Shown: piece by piece, positions 16,785 to 26,958 of the stretch | Layout: every line of letters starts with the position of its first letter | How positions within the stretch are numbered: position 1 is the first letter of the stretch | IMG/VR virus record: IMGVR_UViG_3300037041_002705 | Location: 69,674-133,673 of that record | DNA length: 64,000 nucleotides | Strand: one strand, 5' to 3' | Origin: a virus | Program-made: the position numbers and the translations under genes | Notes under the pieces: generated by a model | Seen by the model: the letters and a program-made list of their open reading frames with translations, nothing else | Told to the model about the DNA's origin: nothing | The model's database searches: none

Positions 16785-17398
16785 TGAAACCGATCGCATC
16801 CATAGACTTCAGCATAAATTCAACATGCATCACAGTGCTGTCTGAAGATGGATACCATTGGCATCACTTTGGGCGTGAAAAGACTTCATACTTCGATCTT
16901 GGAAGCGATGGATTCACAAGGCATCTTTTTCCAAAGAGGGTCAAAGGAGAGGACTACTGTTCAACAGAACGTGCAAAGCTCATCGATGCTGAGGTGTTTT
17001 GTTCAGCAATAGTTGATGTTCTTAAGGACAACGGCATCTCTTCAGTTGCGTTTGAGGGCCATTCGTTCAACAGCAAAGGAAACAGCCTTCTTGAGCTTGT
17101 GTCATACCAATTCCTTCTAAGGAATATGTTGAAGGCAGGTCTTTCTATACCACCTGAAAGCATGTTCTTCTATCCTCCAATAACAGTTAAGGCTTTTGCC
17201 GGAGGAGCAAAGTTCAAAAAGAAGGACATGTTGGAAAGGTTCATTGAGGTCCAAGATCCAATGCTCCATAAGAATCCGGTGTTCATCAGGATAAAGGATT
17301 CAATGGATAAGGTTCTAAAGGGCGAAGACGTCGTAAAGCCAGTAGATGACCTTGTGGATTCCTATTGGATAGTCAAAAAATTGCAGCAAGATGTTTGA
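16781..17398 (+). CDS. RuvC-like Holliday junction resolvase
   Basis: ASIDFS (catalytic D), VAFEGHSF (E), PITVKAFAGG, KKKDM, DDLVDSYWI. Confidence 0.8.
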   Translation: MMKPIASIDFSINSTCITVLSEDGYHWHHFGREKTSYFDLGSDGFTRHLFPKRVKGEDYCSTERAKLIDAEVFCSAIVDVLKDNGISSVAFEGHSFNSKGNSLLELVSYQFLLRNMLKAGLSIPPESMFFYPPITVKAFAGGAKFKKKDMLERFIEVQDPMLHKNPVFIRIKDSMDKVLKGEDVVKPVDDLVDSYWIVKKLQQDV

Positions 17399-17999
17399 TT
17401 CGTTTATTCTTTCCAGAAAGCCTGAAAAGACAGAACAGGGGACGATGCAGAGGGTTGTTGACATAGCTGCAAGAACCCTAAAGTCCATAAATGCAAGGAT
17501 GCAAACGATCGCAAAGGTCGTTGATGGGGAACAGGCAAGGCCTGATCTTGTGTCACTTCGCGTGTATGGCGAGGACACATACCAGGACCAGATATGCAAG
17601 ATGAATGGCATATCCAACCCATACTCCCTAAACATCGATGATGTCCTCGTGATACCAAACACTGTGTCGTTTTCCAGAGAGGTACAAGTAGAGAGCGAGC
17701 CCGTTCCAAGTGAGGTTCCCATTGACTTTAGGATAAACTTCAAGGACATAAACAAGAACCCAAACCAAGAAACAGCGATACAAAAGTTCAACCAGTCCTT
17801 TGAGAAGGGTGTCGATCAGCTGAAAGAGGACGGAAGCGGGCTTCCTCCTAGCGTTGCAGATTTTGGCGACAAGCAGTTTCTGATAAGAGGCGGCGAAGTG
17901 ATATTTGCACCAAACATAGGAAAGTGCATAACCAATGAGAGCAACCCAATAAGCAAGGGAGAACTCCTTGCCAGGCTGATCAAAAATCGAATAGTTTAA
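17391..17999 (+). CDS. gp53: Baseplate wedge protein with LysM-like domain (T4 gp53-like)
   Basis: RPDLVSLRVYG...ICKMNGISNPYSLNIDDVLVIP. Confidence 0.8.
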   Translation: MFDSFILSRKPEKTEQGTMQRVVDIAARTLKSINARMQTIAKVVDGEQARPDLVSLRVYGEDTYQDQICKMNGISNPYSLNIDDVLVIPNTVSFSREVQVESEPVPSEVPIDFRINFKDINKNPNQETAIQKFNQSFEKGVDQLKEDGSGLPPSVADFGDKQFLIRGGEVIFAPNIGKCITNESNPISKGELLARLIKNRIV

Positions 18000-19415
18000 T
18001 TGTTAGACCAGGTAAACATAAAAGAGAAGGTAAAGGCAAAGCTTAACCTTGTTACGCTTTCAGCTCCATCCGAAAGATTAGGAACAGGTGGTCCGCAGGG
18101 CTATACGACTGCGCTCGTTGGCCAAGCATACCCATATGTTGTCATAAACGGAAAGGAGATACCTCCTACGCTTCTTGGAAGGCTTGAGATAGATTGCATG
18201 GGATTCATGCCGAAGCTCTTCATGACGATGAGCCTCATGGGTGGAAAGGTCGATTTCTTCAAGAGGATATTTCCAAGGGCAGGAGACATTGTATCGATAT
18301 TTCTAAGGTCTCCAAACGATAACATCAAGCCGATAAGAAATGACTATCAGATAGTCACCGTTGACTACCTTGGAAGCCAATACCAGGGTGACGTTGGCGA
18401 GTCCTTCATAAGGATAACAGCAAGGTTGTATGTGCCAAACTTCTATTCACAGAAGACGTTCTCTCTAGAGGGAACAGGCTATGAGGTTCTAAAGAAGATC
18501 TGCGAAGAGCTAGAGATAGGATTTGCATCAAACGTTGATGGCACCGATGATGCAATGAAATGGATGACCGTTGGAAACTATGAGAGCTTCATCAATAATG
18601 TCACAAGACACATGTGGCAGGATGAAAACAGCTTCTTCACAACGTTCATAGACTTTTACTACAACCTGAATGTTGTGAATGTCAACAGGCAGTTTACATA
18701 TGCACCTGATGGACAGCCAGGGGTGATAAGTGACATAAACATACGAGTCCCAAGCAAGAATACAACATTCGAGAAGGAGCTTGATGTTTTTGCACTCACG
18801 AACGACCTCAGAACGATGTCGTTCAACAACTACATCTCAAGGTTTAACGTCATAAACAATGCGTCTCTCATAACATACAAGGAAGGCGTATCAAAGGACT
18901 ATTCGCTGTATGACTTTTCATCAAAGACCGTCGTCTTCGATAGGGTTACGCCACTATCAACGGCGGATGCCCCTCAGGATGTTACGCCTGTCCACCTCAA
19001 TCTCTCGACTGGCCTTCAACCTTCAAGGACCTGGCTTGGGCTGCAATACTCATCTCCGATAGGCAACGTTCACAAGAACTACAACTTTGCTGAAATGTTA
19101 AACACATTCAATCTCATGGAGATAGAAAAGATGATGTTGGAAGCAAGCCTCATGAATCCAAACCTCTTCATTCACCGTGGGCAAAGGGTTCCAGTTCTCC
19201 TGTTCAACTACGGAGATAACATCGATTCGATATCAACAACAGATCCTAAGTATGACATGACGGACAGGACTCATTCTGTCCTTAATTCATTCCTTAGCGA
19301 TTTTTATTATGTAAAGGGTCATAAGATAGTTTATGATCCTGGACAACAGATAGGATTTTCACAGGTGATATACCTCTCAAAGAGGGAGTGGGTATCATCA
19401 CCAGCAAGACAGTAA
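18000..19415 (+). CDS. Baseplate hub-like protein (gp27/GpD-like)
   Basis: 471-aa ORF between gp53-like and gp5-like genes; EVLKKICEELEIG, RGQRVPV, FYYVKGHKIVY, VIYLSKREW fit hub proteins. Confidence 0.6.
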   Translation: MLDQVNIKEKVKAKLNLVTLSAPSERLGTGGPQGYTTALVGQAYPYVVINGKEIPPTLLGRLEIDCMGFMPKLFMTMSLMGGKVDFFKRIFPRAGDIVSIFLRSPNDNIKPIRNDYQIVTVDYLGSQYQGDVGESFIRITARLYVPNFYSQKTFSLEGTGYEVLKKICEELEIGFASNVDGTDDAMKWMTVGNYESFINNVTRHMWQDENSFFTTFIDFYYNLNVVNVNRQFTYAPDGQPGVISDINIRVPSKNTTFEKELDVFALTNDLRTMSFNNYISRFNVINNASLITYKEGVSKDYSLYDFSSKTVVFDRVTPLSTADAPQDVTPVHLNLSTGLQPSRTWLGLQYSSPIGNVHKNYNFAEMLNTFNLMEIEKMMLEASLMNPNLFIHRGQRVPVLLFNYGDNIDSISTTDPKYDMTDRTHSVLNSFLSDFYYVKGHKIVYDPGQQIGFSQVIYLSKREWVSSPARQ

Positions 19416-19435
19416 ACTAATAAAGGAACAGAAAA

Positions 19436-20671
19436 GTGCCAATCACACCAGTCGTTGCAATATTTTCAAAGGACCCTTCAAAGATTCAAGACATAAAGCT
19501 CAAGTCTAGCAGTTACATAGATTGGGAGTCACATGATTTTGAGTGTCACTTCTTTTCAGACACAGATGATCTGAACAGTGTGATAACCAAGTTGAACCCT
19601 GCCGTTTTCATAACAACAGGAAACAGTTCAGACTATGGTCAATTGTTCAATGCACCATACAGCGTCAGAAGAAAATGGATACATGTCGATGAATACGATG
19701 CAAATCCTGTAATAGGCGACAATGCATACACGTGCTTCATAGACTCATCATTGAATGTCGAAAAGAACCTTGCAGATCCTCTTGTTAGCTGCTTCACGCC
19801 AACATACAGGACTGGAAACAGGATATATCGCGTCTTTGCATCACTTCAGGCACAGAGGCATAAGAACTGGGAATGGGTGATGTATGATGATTCAAACGAT
19901 GGAGGAAAAACGTATGACATGCTTCTTGAGCTTGCCCAGCAGGATCACAGGATAAAGGTATTCAGAGGCCCAAAGCCTAGCGGCATGATTGGTGAGGTAA
20001 AGAGGTATGCAGCAGGACTCTGCACAGGAAAGTATCTTGTTGAGCTTGATCATGATGACGTCCTCACATATTGGGCACTTGACCACGTGGTCTCTGGTTT
20101 CAATGAGTATCCAGAAGGAAAGTTTCTGTACACAGATGCATCAGAGGTCTTTGAGACCGGTGGATGCGTGAACTACGGATCGTTCTGGGGCTTTGGATAT
20201 GGAAGGCATTATGAAGCACACTACAATGGTGCAGTATACACGTGTGAAACTGCTCCTATAAACCCAAAGACTATCAGGCACATAGTTGCCGCTCCTAACC
20301 ACATCAGGGCATGGGAGTCTGATTTCTACTTCAGCATAGGCGGACACAACCCACGTCTCCACATAGCTGATGACTACGAACTCGTCGTCCGGAGCTTCCT
20401 GAAGACCAGGTTCATACACGTCCCAAGGCTCTGCTACCTGCAGTACATGAACAGCGGTGGTAACAACACACAGGAGCCAAGGCGCCCTGAGATACAACGT
20501 GCAGTAAGATACATATCATCATACTACGACAAGATGATACACGACAGGTTCGTCGAGCTTGGGTTCGATGACTTTGTCTGGGATGAAGAGCAACAGAGGT
20601 CAAACATGGCAATTCCAAACCCAGAGGAGACCCCAGATGCTGCGCTTATCACAAAATTTCAGGATCAATGA
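19436..20671 (+). CDS. Glycosyltransferase family 2 with N-terminal extension
   Basis: LVSCFTPTYR, SLQAQRHKNWEWVMYDDS, YLVELDHDD (DxD), ADDYEL. Confidence 0.88.
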   Translation: MPITPVVAIFSKDPSKIQDIKLKSSSYIDWESHDFECHFFSDTDDLNSVITKLNPAVFITTGNSSDYGQLFNAPYSVRRKWIHVDEYDANPVIGDNAYTCFIDSSLNVEKNLADPLVSCFTPTYRTGNRIYRVFASLQAQRHKNWEWVMYDDSNDGGKTYDMLLELAQQDHRIKVFRGPKPSGMIGEVKRYAAGLCTGKYLVELDHDDVLTYWALDHVVSGFNEYPEGKFLYTDASEVFETGGCVNYGSFWGFGYGRHYEAHYNGAVYTCETAPINPKTIRHIVAAPNHIRAWESDFYFSIGGHNPRLHIADDYELVVRSFLKTRFIHVPRLCYLQYMNSGGNNTQEPRRPEIQRAVRYISSYYDKMIHDRFVELGFDDFVWDEEQQRSNMAIPNPEETPDAALITKFQDQ

Positions 20672-22332
20672 GCAGTGGCCTTTTCAGTGTAGGACGTTTG
20701 GACAGGAAGTTCATCTATGAATCTTCCGGAAATCCCAATGAAAGGAAACTAAAGTACAACGATCCATCGTTTGTGACCTTTAGGATACTCTTTGACTTTG
20801 ATCCCATAGTATCAAATGATGAGGTCATGCAAGGCCTTCTCCTTAATGAATCCAGGGATGAAAGCGCTGTTAGCTATCTCAGAAGGATGGGAGAACAGGA
20901 AAGAGCCCAGGCATTGAAGGAGTTTACATGGCTCCTTGAAAGAATAACAAATGACTTCCCTTGGTTCTTCAAAACCATATCAGGTATTGATGGCCTCTGG
21001 AAATGGGGGTTCATGAATGCTGATGGAACTTCCACACAATCAGCACCGGTTGATCTAAGTGTCAGTTGTTACGAGACCGTTGATCTTAGGATGACTGCAC
21101 TTGCTGACCTTTACAGAAAGGCAACAAGGGATAGAAGGTACTTCAGAGACCTTTTGACTCTTGATAAGAAGAGGTTCAACATGACGGTTCTTGTCGGAGA
21201 GGCAAGAAACCTGAGGACCTTTGTTGAATCAAACACAACAGAATGGCTGAACCACGTTTCAACTGTTGCATTTAGGTGCCTTGATTGTGAGTTTGATTTC
21301 TCTGGAATTGCTCCTGCCTCATTGGACGCATCTGAAGCACCGTCTCAGCTTACACCATCGTTTGGCATAAAGGTCCATAGGGTCCAGGAAACAAATTCAT
21401 ACCTTCTCTTGGATTACATGTTAGGTGAGATAAAGAGAGACCTCGTCATAAAGCAGGGAGGAAGTGGAGCTGAAGTAAACCAGGACACTGACATAACGAA
21501 CTACAGGTCTCTGCTTGCACCTTTTGTGAGGTCGTATGAAGGAAACTACAACCAGGTCCTGTTGGACTTAGGAAGGAATGTATCGCAGAACTTCCTAAAC
21601 CAGCTTACATTCACAACAGGAGACAGGCGTTCGTCTCTTACATACCCAGACCTTGATAGGCTAAATAAGCAACAGTTGGATGGCATAACAAAGGAGGCAG
21701 AGCTTTCTGCTCTTGCATCATCACTTTTAAGAACATCCATACAGACAGCAAACATCACAGAAAATATATCGCTCATAGATTTTGGTCGTCCGACTGTTAA
21801 CACAGACATACCAGAATCGGTAGATCTTTCTCCACCAAATGTGGCAGAGGATGGAACAAAAATAGGAGATGAAGTGGCAAACCAAATAGATTTTAGAAGA
21901 CCAAAGGTAGAGACAGAACTATCAGATTTCTCACTGACAAAACCAGGTGTCGCAACAGAATTGGATCAAAATGTTGGACTTGTAAAACCTACTGTTCAGA
22001 AAGAACTATCTGATGCAGTGAATCTTACAAGCCCTACAGTAAACACCGATCAGGGAAGTGGAATAGATCTTAGGGCGCCAGTGGTTCAAAGCGATCTGGA
22101 CAACAATGTTGGATTCATACAACCTACCGTTACAACTTCATTGGACCAAAATGTCCAGTTTGAAAGGCCTACTGTTGAAACCACGATAGATCAAACCCTT
22201 TCGTTTGGAAGGCCGACTGTTGCAACAAGCGTTGACAACAACATAGCATTTGTAAAACCGACAGTGCTTGGCGACATGCCAGACAGCATAGCATTTGAAA
22301 AACCAAAGGTAGAAGATGACTTTGGATCTTAA
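20668..22332 (+). CDS. Tail/baseplate structural protein with C-terminal 15-aa repeats
   Basis: N-terminal tube-like motifs (PWFFKTISGID, CYETVDLRM); C-terminal repeats; directly upstream of the gp5-like spike. Confidence 0.55.
   Translation: MSSGLFSVGRLDRKFIYESSGNPNERKLKYNDPSFVTFRILFDFDPIVSNDEVMQGLLLNESRDESAVSYLRRMGEQERAQALKEFTWLLERITNDFPWFFKTISGIDGLWKWGFMNADGTSTQSAPVDLSVSCYETVDLRMTALADLYRKATRDRRYFRDLLTLDKKRFNMTVLVGEARNLRTFVESNTTEWLNHVSTVAFRCLDCEFDFSGIAPASLDASEAPSQLTPSFGIKVHRVQETNSYLLLDYMLGEIKRDLVIKQGGSGAEVNQDTDITNYRSLLAPFVRSYEGNYNQVLLDLGRNVSQNFLNQLTFTTGDRRSSLTYPDLDRLNKQQLDGITKEAELSALASSLLRTSIQTANITENISLIDFGRPTVNTDIPESVDLSPPNVAEDGTKIGDEVANQIDFRRPKVETELSDFSLTKPGVATELDQNVGLVKPTVQKELSDAVNLTSPTVNTDQGSGIDLRAPVVQSDLDNNVGFIQPTVTTSLDQNVQFERPTVETTIDQTLSFGRPTVATSVDNNIAFVKPTVLGDMPDSIAFEKPKVEDDFGS
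21775..22329 (+). repeat. About 12 imperfect 15-aa coding repeats, consensus hxFxRPTVxTxLDQN
   Basis: IDFGRPTVNTDIPES / VGLVKPTVQKELSDA / VGFIQPTVTTSLDQN / VQFERPTVETTIDQT / LSFGRPTVATSVDNN / IAFVKPTVLGDMPDS. Confidence 0.85.
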
Positions 22333-23044
22333 GAAGGACTACATTGGGTTTGTCGTGGACTCAAATGATCCTGAGCGCCTTGGCAGGTGTAAAATCAGGG
22401 TCCTTGGAGTGTATGATAACATAACCGATGCAGATCTTCCATGGGCGTTCTACCAGGGAAGCAATGTCTTTGCTGGAGGTGAGAGCCTAGGAGGGGGAAA
22501 CATATCAATCCCGAAGCTTGGTACTGCAGTAAAGGTTGTCTTCATGAACGAAGACATACACAACCCGATATGGTGTTCAATCGTGCACCTCAATGACAAA
22601 CTCAGAAGAGAGTTGGCAGAGAGCTATGCAGATTCACACGTCATAGTATACGATGAGGACCAAGACCTTAAGGTGTGGTTCACACCATCGAATGGCATGC
22701 AGGTCTACTACAAGGACAGCAGCATATCAATAAATCCTGATCAGTCAATCCTCATAGACCATAAGGAGAGCCAATCAAACATTGAATTGAAGGCAGGTCA
22801 GATAACGGTGAACGCAAGGAGCAAGGTTGAAGTCAACTCTCCAAACGTCCATGTCAACGGTGGCCTTACCGAGCTAGGCACATCTCCACAGTTCTCTGTT
22901 CTGTTAGGCGAGGTCCTTCTGGCTGCATTGGACACGCTTGCAGCAACAGTGGATCTAAAATGGCCACCATCTCCTGGCGTTGCAACCGCAACCATGCAAC
23001 AGGCAAGATCTGCTCTTTCAAAGACAGTCAAAACAACTGCATGA
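22316..23044 (+). CDS. gp5: Baseplate central spike, gp5/VgrG-type OB-fold, without a lysozyme domain
   Basis: YIGFVVDSNDPERLGRCKIRVLG, LPWA, IPKLGTAVKVVF followed by beta-strand repeats. Confidence 0.85.
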   Translation: MTLDLKKDYIGFVVDSNDPERLGRCKIRVLGVYDNITDADLPWAFYQGSNVFAGGESLGGGNISIPKLGTAVKVVFMNEDIHNPIWCSIVHLNDKLRRELAESYADSHVIVYDEDQDLKVWFTPSNGMQVYYKDSSISINPDQSILIDHKESQSNIELKAGQITVNARSKVEVNSPNVHVNGGLTELGTSPQFSVLLGEVLLAALDTLAATVDLKWPPSPGVATATMQQARSALSKTVKTTA

Positions 23045-23055
23045 GGTGAACACCT

Positions 23056-25758
23056 GTGATAAACTTTAACCAAATAACACAATGGTTCAATTCCATATTC
23101 AGGCTTACAGGTCAAGTTCAACCCATCATCGACCAGATTAAAAAGGGAACGAAGACAAAGACCCTTGATGGCATTCAATTCATAGATTTTGAAGAGCCTT
23201 CTCTATCAAACATACAACAGCTTAACAAAATACTCAGAGACAACGGTCTTGAAGAGATAGATGAAGAACTGCTAACGCCATCGCTTCTCAACATAGAAGA
23301 GGTCCTACAGAGGATGCAAAAGGAGTTCACAGAAGAGGAACTTGCAAAGGCAGTAGAAGAACCAATAATCATTGAACAGACTCCTGATTTTAGGCCAATA
23401 GAGATAGACCTTGCAGATGTTTGTGCGCCTTCACAGACAGAGGAGACACCAGAATTCAGTGAAAAGGAACTATTGGATGCAGCGTGCGAAGTCCTGCCTC
23501 CTGTTCCTGATGCAGTAACCGAAATCAAACAGGTCCCAACCAACCAGCCAAAAGAAAATCTACAGCTTGACGATGCTAAGCTTCCAACGCCATCAGATGA
23601 TCTATTTGATCAGCTTGTGCAGGAGGCAAGGAACACAACAGAGTCAGACATATTCCCAAAGAATGGGCCAGACTGCATAAAAAAGATGCAGGAGGTTGCA
23701 AAGAGCGTCCAGGAGAAGGTCAACAGGTATGCGGATGTAAAGAACAAGATACAGGAGATACAGCTTGACTATTACTACGAGAGCATAGCAAATTCATACT
23801 ACCAATCATTCCTTGATGGATACGGAGAGGTTAATAGGCTTAAAGAGGAGCTGGGCAACATTTCTGGTTTAACGGATGAGAAATCCAGAGCCAGGGCAAA
23901 TGAAATACAGAAGAAGCTTCTTTCAGTATCAAAGGACTATGATTTTGCATCAGATAAATCTGATGTTCAAAAGAAGATGGAAGAGATCATTTGGTCCTTT
24001 AGCAACCAGTTTGACATAGAGATAGATAGCGGGTTTCTTGGGCTCTTTGAGTCATCGCCTTTGGTAAAGATAAACAAGGACAAAACGCCCCTGTCTGGAA
24101 AGATAAAGGACATACCAGATGAGCTCATACGATACCTTGACTCCGTACAGAAAGAGAACTCTGATTCTGCAGAGAAGATAACAACACAGGCAAAGAAGAC
24201 AGAAAAGGACCTCGATGAAGCGTTTCTTAACACTGTTGCATCTGTGAAGTACTACTCATTTGCTTTTGGCCTCAATCAGTTCATCGAGAACGAATCGATA
24301 GAACAAGACTTCAAGGATGAAGCAGAGGTGCACAAGAAGGCAGAGGAGGAACTTTCAAAGAAGTATCTTGATCTAAAGGAACAGGAGAGAAAGACACAGG
24401 AAGAAATAGACAACATAAACAAGCAGGTCTCATCTGATCTTGCAAACATGAACTGTAAGTCCAAGGAGGTTCCAGCAAAGGTCGAGGCAGGCAAGGACCT
24501 AAACTTCAAGAATGTCAGCAAGAACCCAACCATATTCGATTATGCATGGTGGCTGAAGTTTTCAGGCCTTGCGACCCTTGTTAACCTGGTTCCTGTGCAC
24601 TGGCCGGTCGGTCTGCTTATACCAACTCCTACTGGACTAATAAAGATCCCATTTCCTATAATATGGTTTCCGATATTTGTTGCACCAACAGACAAATTGA
24701 TAGCTGTCCTGTTCATAGGACAGTGCGGCGTTCTTCCATGCCCATACCTCTTCTTACAACACTTTCTTCCTATTCCAATAGGACCTTTTCAGTCCAACAA
24801 TCCATACTTTGCAGCAGCAATAGGAGGCCCTGTAAACATCAGCAACCATGAACCTCTTCCACCAAACTCTCTTCCAAAGTTTGATCTGGTGTTTGCCGCA
24901 CTGAATTCCATACTTGATGGCTTTAGAAACGGTGTTACTGTTGACTTTAACGCCCTTGTCACAGAGGTACAGAACCAGCTTGAAGATGTACAAAATTCTG
25001 CACAGCGGTATCTAGCACTTTCACAGAAAGACATAAACTCAATAATACAGAATGCAAAGAACCAGGCAACGCAGGCAGTAACATCTGCAAAACAGACAGC
25101 TGAGGCTGCAATAAAGCAGGCACAGGAAGAAGGCCAACGCATGATAGAGGCAGCAAAACAGAGGTACCAAGACGCAAATGCACTTGCCGAAGCAACACTA
25201 ACAATAACGAGGGGCGTGCAAGAGAATATAAATGCCGCAGCCAAAATGATAGAGGACGCAAGAAGGCTTGCGGCAGATATAACATTCAACGCAGATGCAC
25301 AAGCAGAAGCACTGAGGAGGGCCGCAGAAGATACTGTAAAGGGGATAATACAGAATGGAAAACAGCTGTATGAACAGAAGCTTCAAGAGATAGAACAGTT
25401 AGAGCAACAATACGATGAAACAGTAAAAACTCTGAGAGAATTGATTGATAAAATAAGTGTCCCAACAATAGACCTTGGAGCGATAAACCTATCGGTTCTT
25501 TTATCCTCGTACACTCTTGCTTTGGGATCTTTGAAAGCATTGGCAGCAGACCTTTCTCCAAAGGCAATCCAATTTGGATTTCCAACGGAGATAAGTCCGC
25601 AGTTTGCTGCTTCTCTTCCGATATTTCAGGATGAACTTCCTCCATGGGAGAGACTTTCACTCCTGAACATACCCCTTCTCTTCTTCCTTTGGAAGTGGTG
25701 TAAGTCTGGAAAGTTTGTAGGTGGGTTTCTTCCTGAGAGCATATTTGGTCCTATTTAA
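23056..25758 (+). CDS. Large coiled-coil protein with Pro-rich hydrophobic segments (probably virion-associated)
   Basis: 900-aa ORF following gp5; long helical stretches and WPVGLLIPTPTGLIKIPFPIIWFPIFV. Confidence 0.6.
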   Translation: MINFNQITQWFNSIFRLTGQVQPIIDQIKKGTKTKTLDGIQFIDFEEPSLSNIQQLNKILRDNGLEEIDEELLTPSLLNIEEVLQRMQKEFTEEELAKAVEEPIIIEQTPDFRPIEIDLADVCAPSQTEETPEFSEKELLDAACEVLPPVPDAVTEIKQVPTNQPKENLQLDDAKLPTPSDDLFDQLVQEARNTTESDIFPKNGPDCIKKMQEVAKSVQEKVNRYADVKNKIQEIQLDYYYESIANSYYQSFLDGYGEVNRLKEELGNISGLTDEKSRARANEIQKKLLSVSKDYDFASDKSDVQKKMEEIIWSFSNQFDIEIDSGFLGLFESSPLVKINKDKTPLSGKIKDIPDELIRYLDSVQKENSDSAEKITTQAKKTEKDLDEAFLNTVASVKYYSFAFGLNQFIENESIEQDFKDEAEVHKKAEEELSKKYLDLKEQERKTQEEIDNINKQVSSDLANMNCKSKEVPAKVEAGKDLNFKNVSKNPTIFDYAWWLKFSGLATLVNLVPVHWPVGLLIPTPTGLIKIPFPIIWFPIFVAPTDKLIAVLFIGQCGVLPCPYLFLQHFLPIPIGPFQSNNPYFAAAIGGPVNISNHEPLPPNSLPKFDLVFAALNSILDGFRNGVTVDFNALVTEVQNQLEDVQNSAQRYLALSQKDINSIIQNAKNQATQAVTSAKQTAEAAIKQAQEEGQRMIEAAKQRYQDANALAEATLTITRGVQENINAAAKMIEDARRLAADITFNADAQAEALRRAAEDTVKGIIQNGKQLYEQKLQEIEQLEQQYDETVKTLRELIDKISVPTIDLGAINLSVLLSSYTLALGSLKALAADLSPKAIQFGFPTEISPQFAASLPIFQDELPPWERLSLLNIPLLFFLWKWCKSGKFVGGFLPESIFGPI

Positions 25759-25778
25759 CAGATGGCAATAAAAACGAC

Positions 25779-25787
25779 GATATATAG
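25779..25787 (+). promoter_or_regulatory. Putative late promoter GATATATAG
   Basis: Intergenic RATATATA motif 34 nt upstream of the S1-like gene. Confidence 0.65.
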
Positions 25788-25821
25788 CAATATTTGATCA
25801 ACCTTTAATTATGAGGATTTC

Positions 25822-26958
25822 ATGATTTTTAATTCAAGAGTCTTTTCGATCTACGAGAATTTTCAACATCCTGTCGATGATGCGACATATTTTGACATGG
25901 TGTCAAAAAATTCTAGCGAAGATGTACATAAGACCGTTTCTGCGGGCCAAGTTTTCCAAGTAAACACCGCAACGCTTCTTTCTGATAACATGCTCATCGT
26001 CTCTGGGCCTTTCTCTCCTTCGATAATGGTGAAGATGAGCAAGGAAAAGGATTTTCTAAAGAGCGTTTCAATGACCGCAGAGGAGCTTATAGGGTCAATA
26101 TCGGAAAACAATTCATATCACGTCAAGATCGTATCAACAGAGTCTGGTCTTAGAGGAAGCTTCTATGAGGCACAGAAGGACGTCCTTCGTAAGGAGTTCT
26201 TTGAACAGCTGAGAAATCCTTCAAAGGTCTATGATGCAAAGATCATGGAGAAGAACAGAGGTGGATACTTTGTCAACGTCTATGGCGTCGATGCATTCCT
26301 ACCTGGATCGCTTGCAAGTGCAAACAAGATCATAAACTTTGAGGCTTTCCTAGGAAAGACTGTAAAGGTTATGTTGGATTCATACGTAAACGAAAGCGAT
26401 ACGTTCATAGTATCAAACAAGCGATACATTGAGCACATCATGCCAACGTTGATTGACAACTTTGATATGTCGGTTATGTATGAGGGAACTGTCACAGGTA
26501 CAATACAGTCTGGAATATTCATTGAGTTCAATGAGATAATGACAGGCCTTCTTTCGCAGAATGACATGGATCAACAGACACTGAATCTCTTTAAGACCGG
26601 TCAGGTTCGACCAGGCGACAAGATCAACATATGGGTCCGTGACATAATCCCGCCAAAGAACTTCATCCTTACACAGAACTCAACAGAGACGATGATATCA
26701 AGGCTTGCTGATCTTGCAAACATCATTGAGTCTGAAAACAGTGATGTTGCAATGAATGCTAAGGTTCTTTCGATAAAGGGATCTTATGTTACCCTTGAGT
26801 TCAATGGGGTCATGACAACGATATCAATGAAGGGACAGTTTGGACAGAACAACAGGCTTAAGATCGGTGGAATGATAAAGATAAGGATAAGCTCTGTTGA
26901 GCCAAAGCGAAACAGGGTTTTGGCAACCATAATAAACGAAAATGAACCAGAGAACTAA
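25822..26958 (+). CDS. Ribosomal protein S1-like multi-S1-domain RNA-binding protein
   Basis: AKIMEKNRGGYFVNVYGVDAFLPGS...LGKTVKV...FIVS and YEGTVTGTIQSGIFIEF...TGLL...RPGDKINI are S1 repeats; degenerate S1-like segments at both ends. Confidence 0.8.
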   Translation: MIFNSRVFSIYENFQHPVDDATYFDMVSKNSSEDVHKTVSAGQVFQVNTATLLSDNMLIVSGPFSPSIMVKMSKEKDFLKSVSMTAEELIGSISENNSYHVKIVSTESGLRGSFYEAQKDVLRKEFFEQLRNPSKVYDAKIMEKNRGGYFVNVYGVDAFLPGSLASANKIINFEAFLGKTVKVMLDSYVNESDTFIVSNKRYIEHIMPTLIDNFDMSVMYEGTVTGTIQSGIFIEFNEIMTGLLSQNDMDQQTLNLFKTGQVRPGDKINIWVRDIIPPKNFILTQNSTETMISRLADLANIIESENSDVAMNAKVLSIKGSYVTLEFNGVMTTISMKGQFGQNNRLKIGGMIKIRISSVEPKRNRVLATIINENEPEN

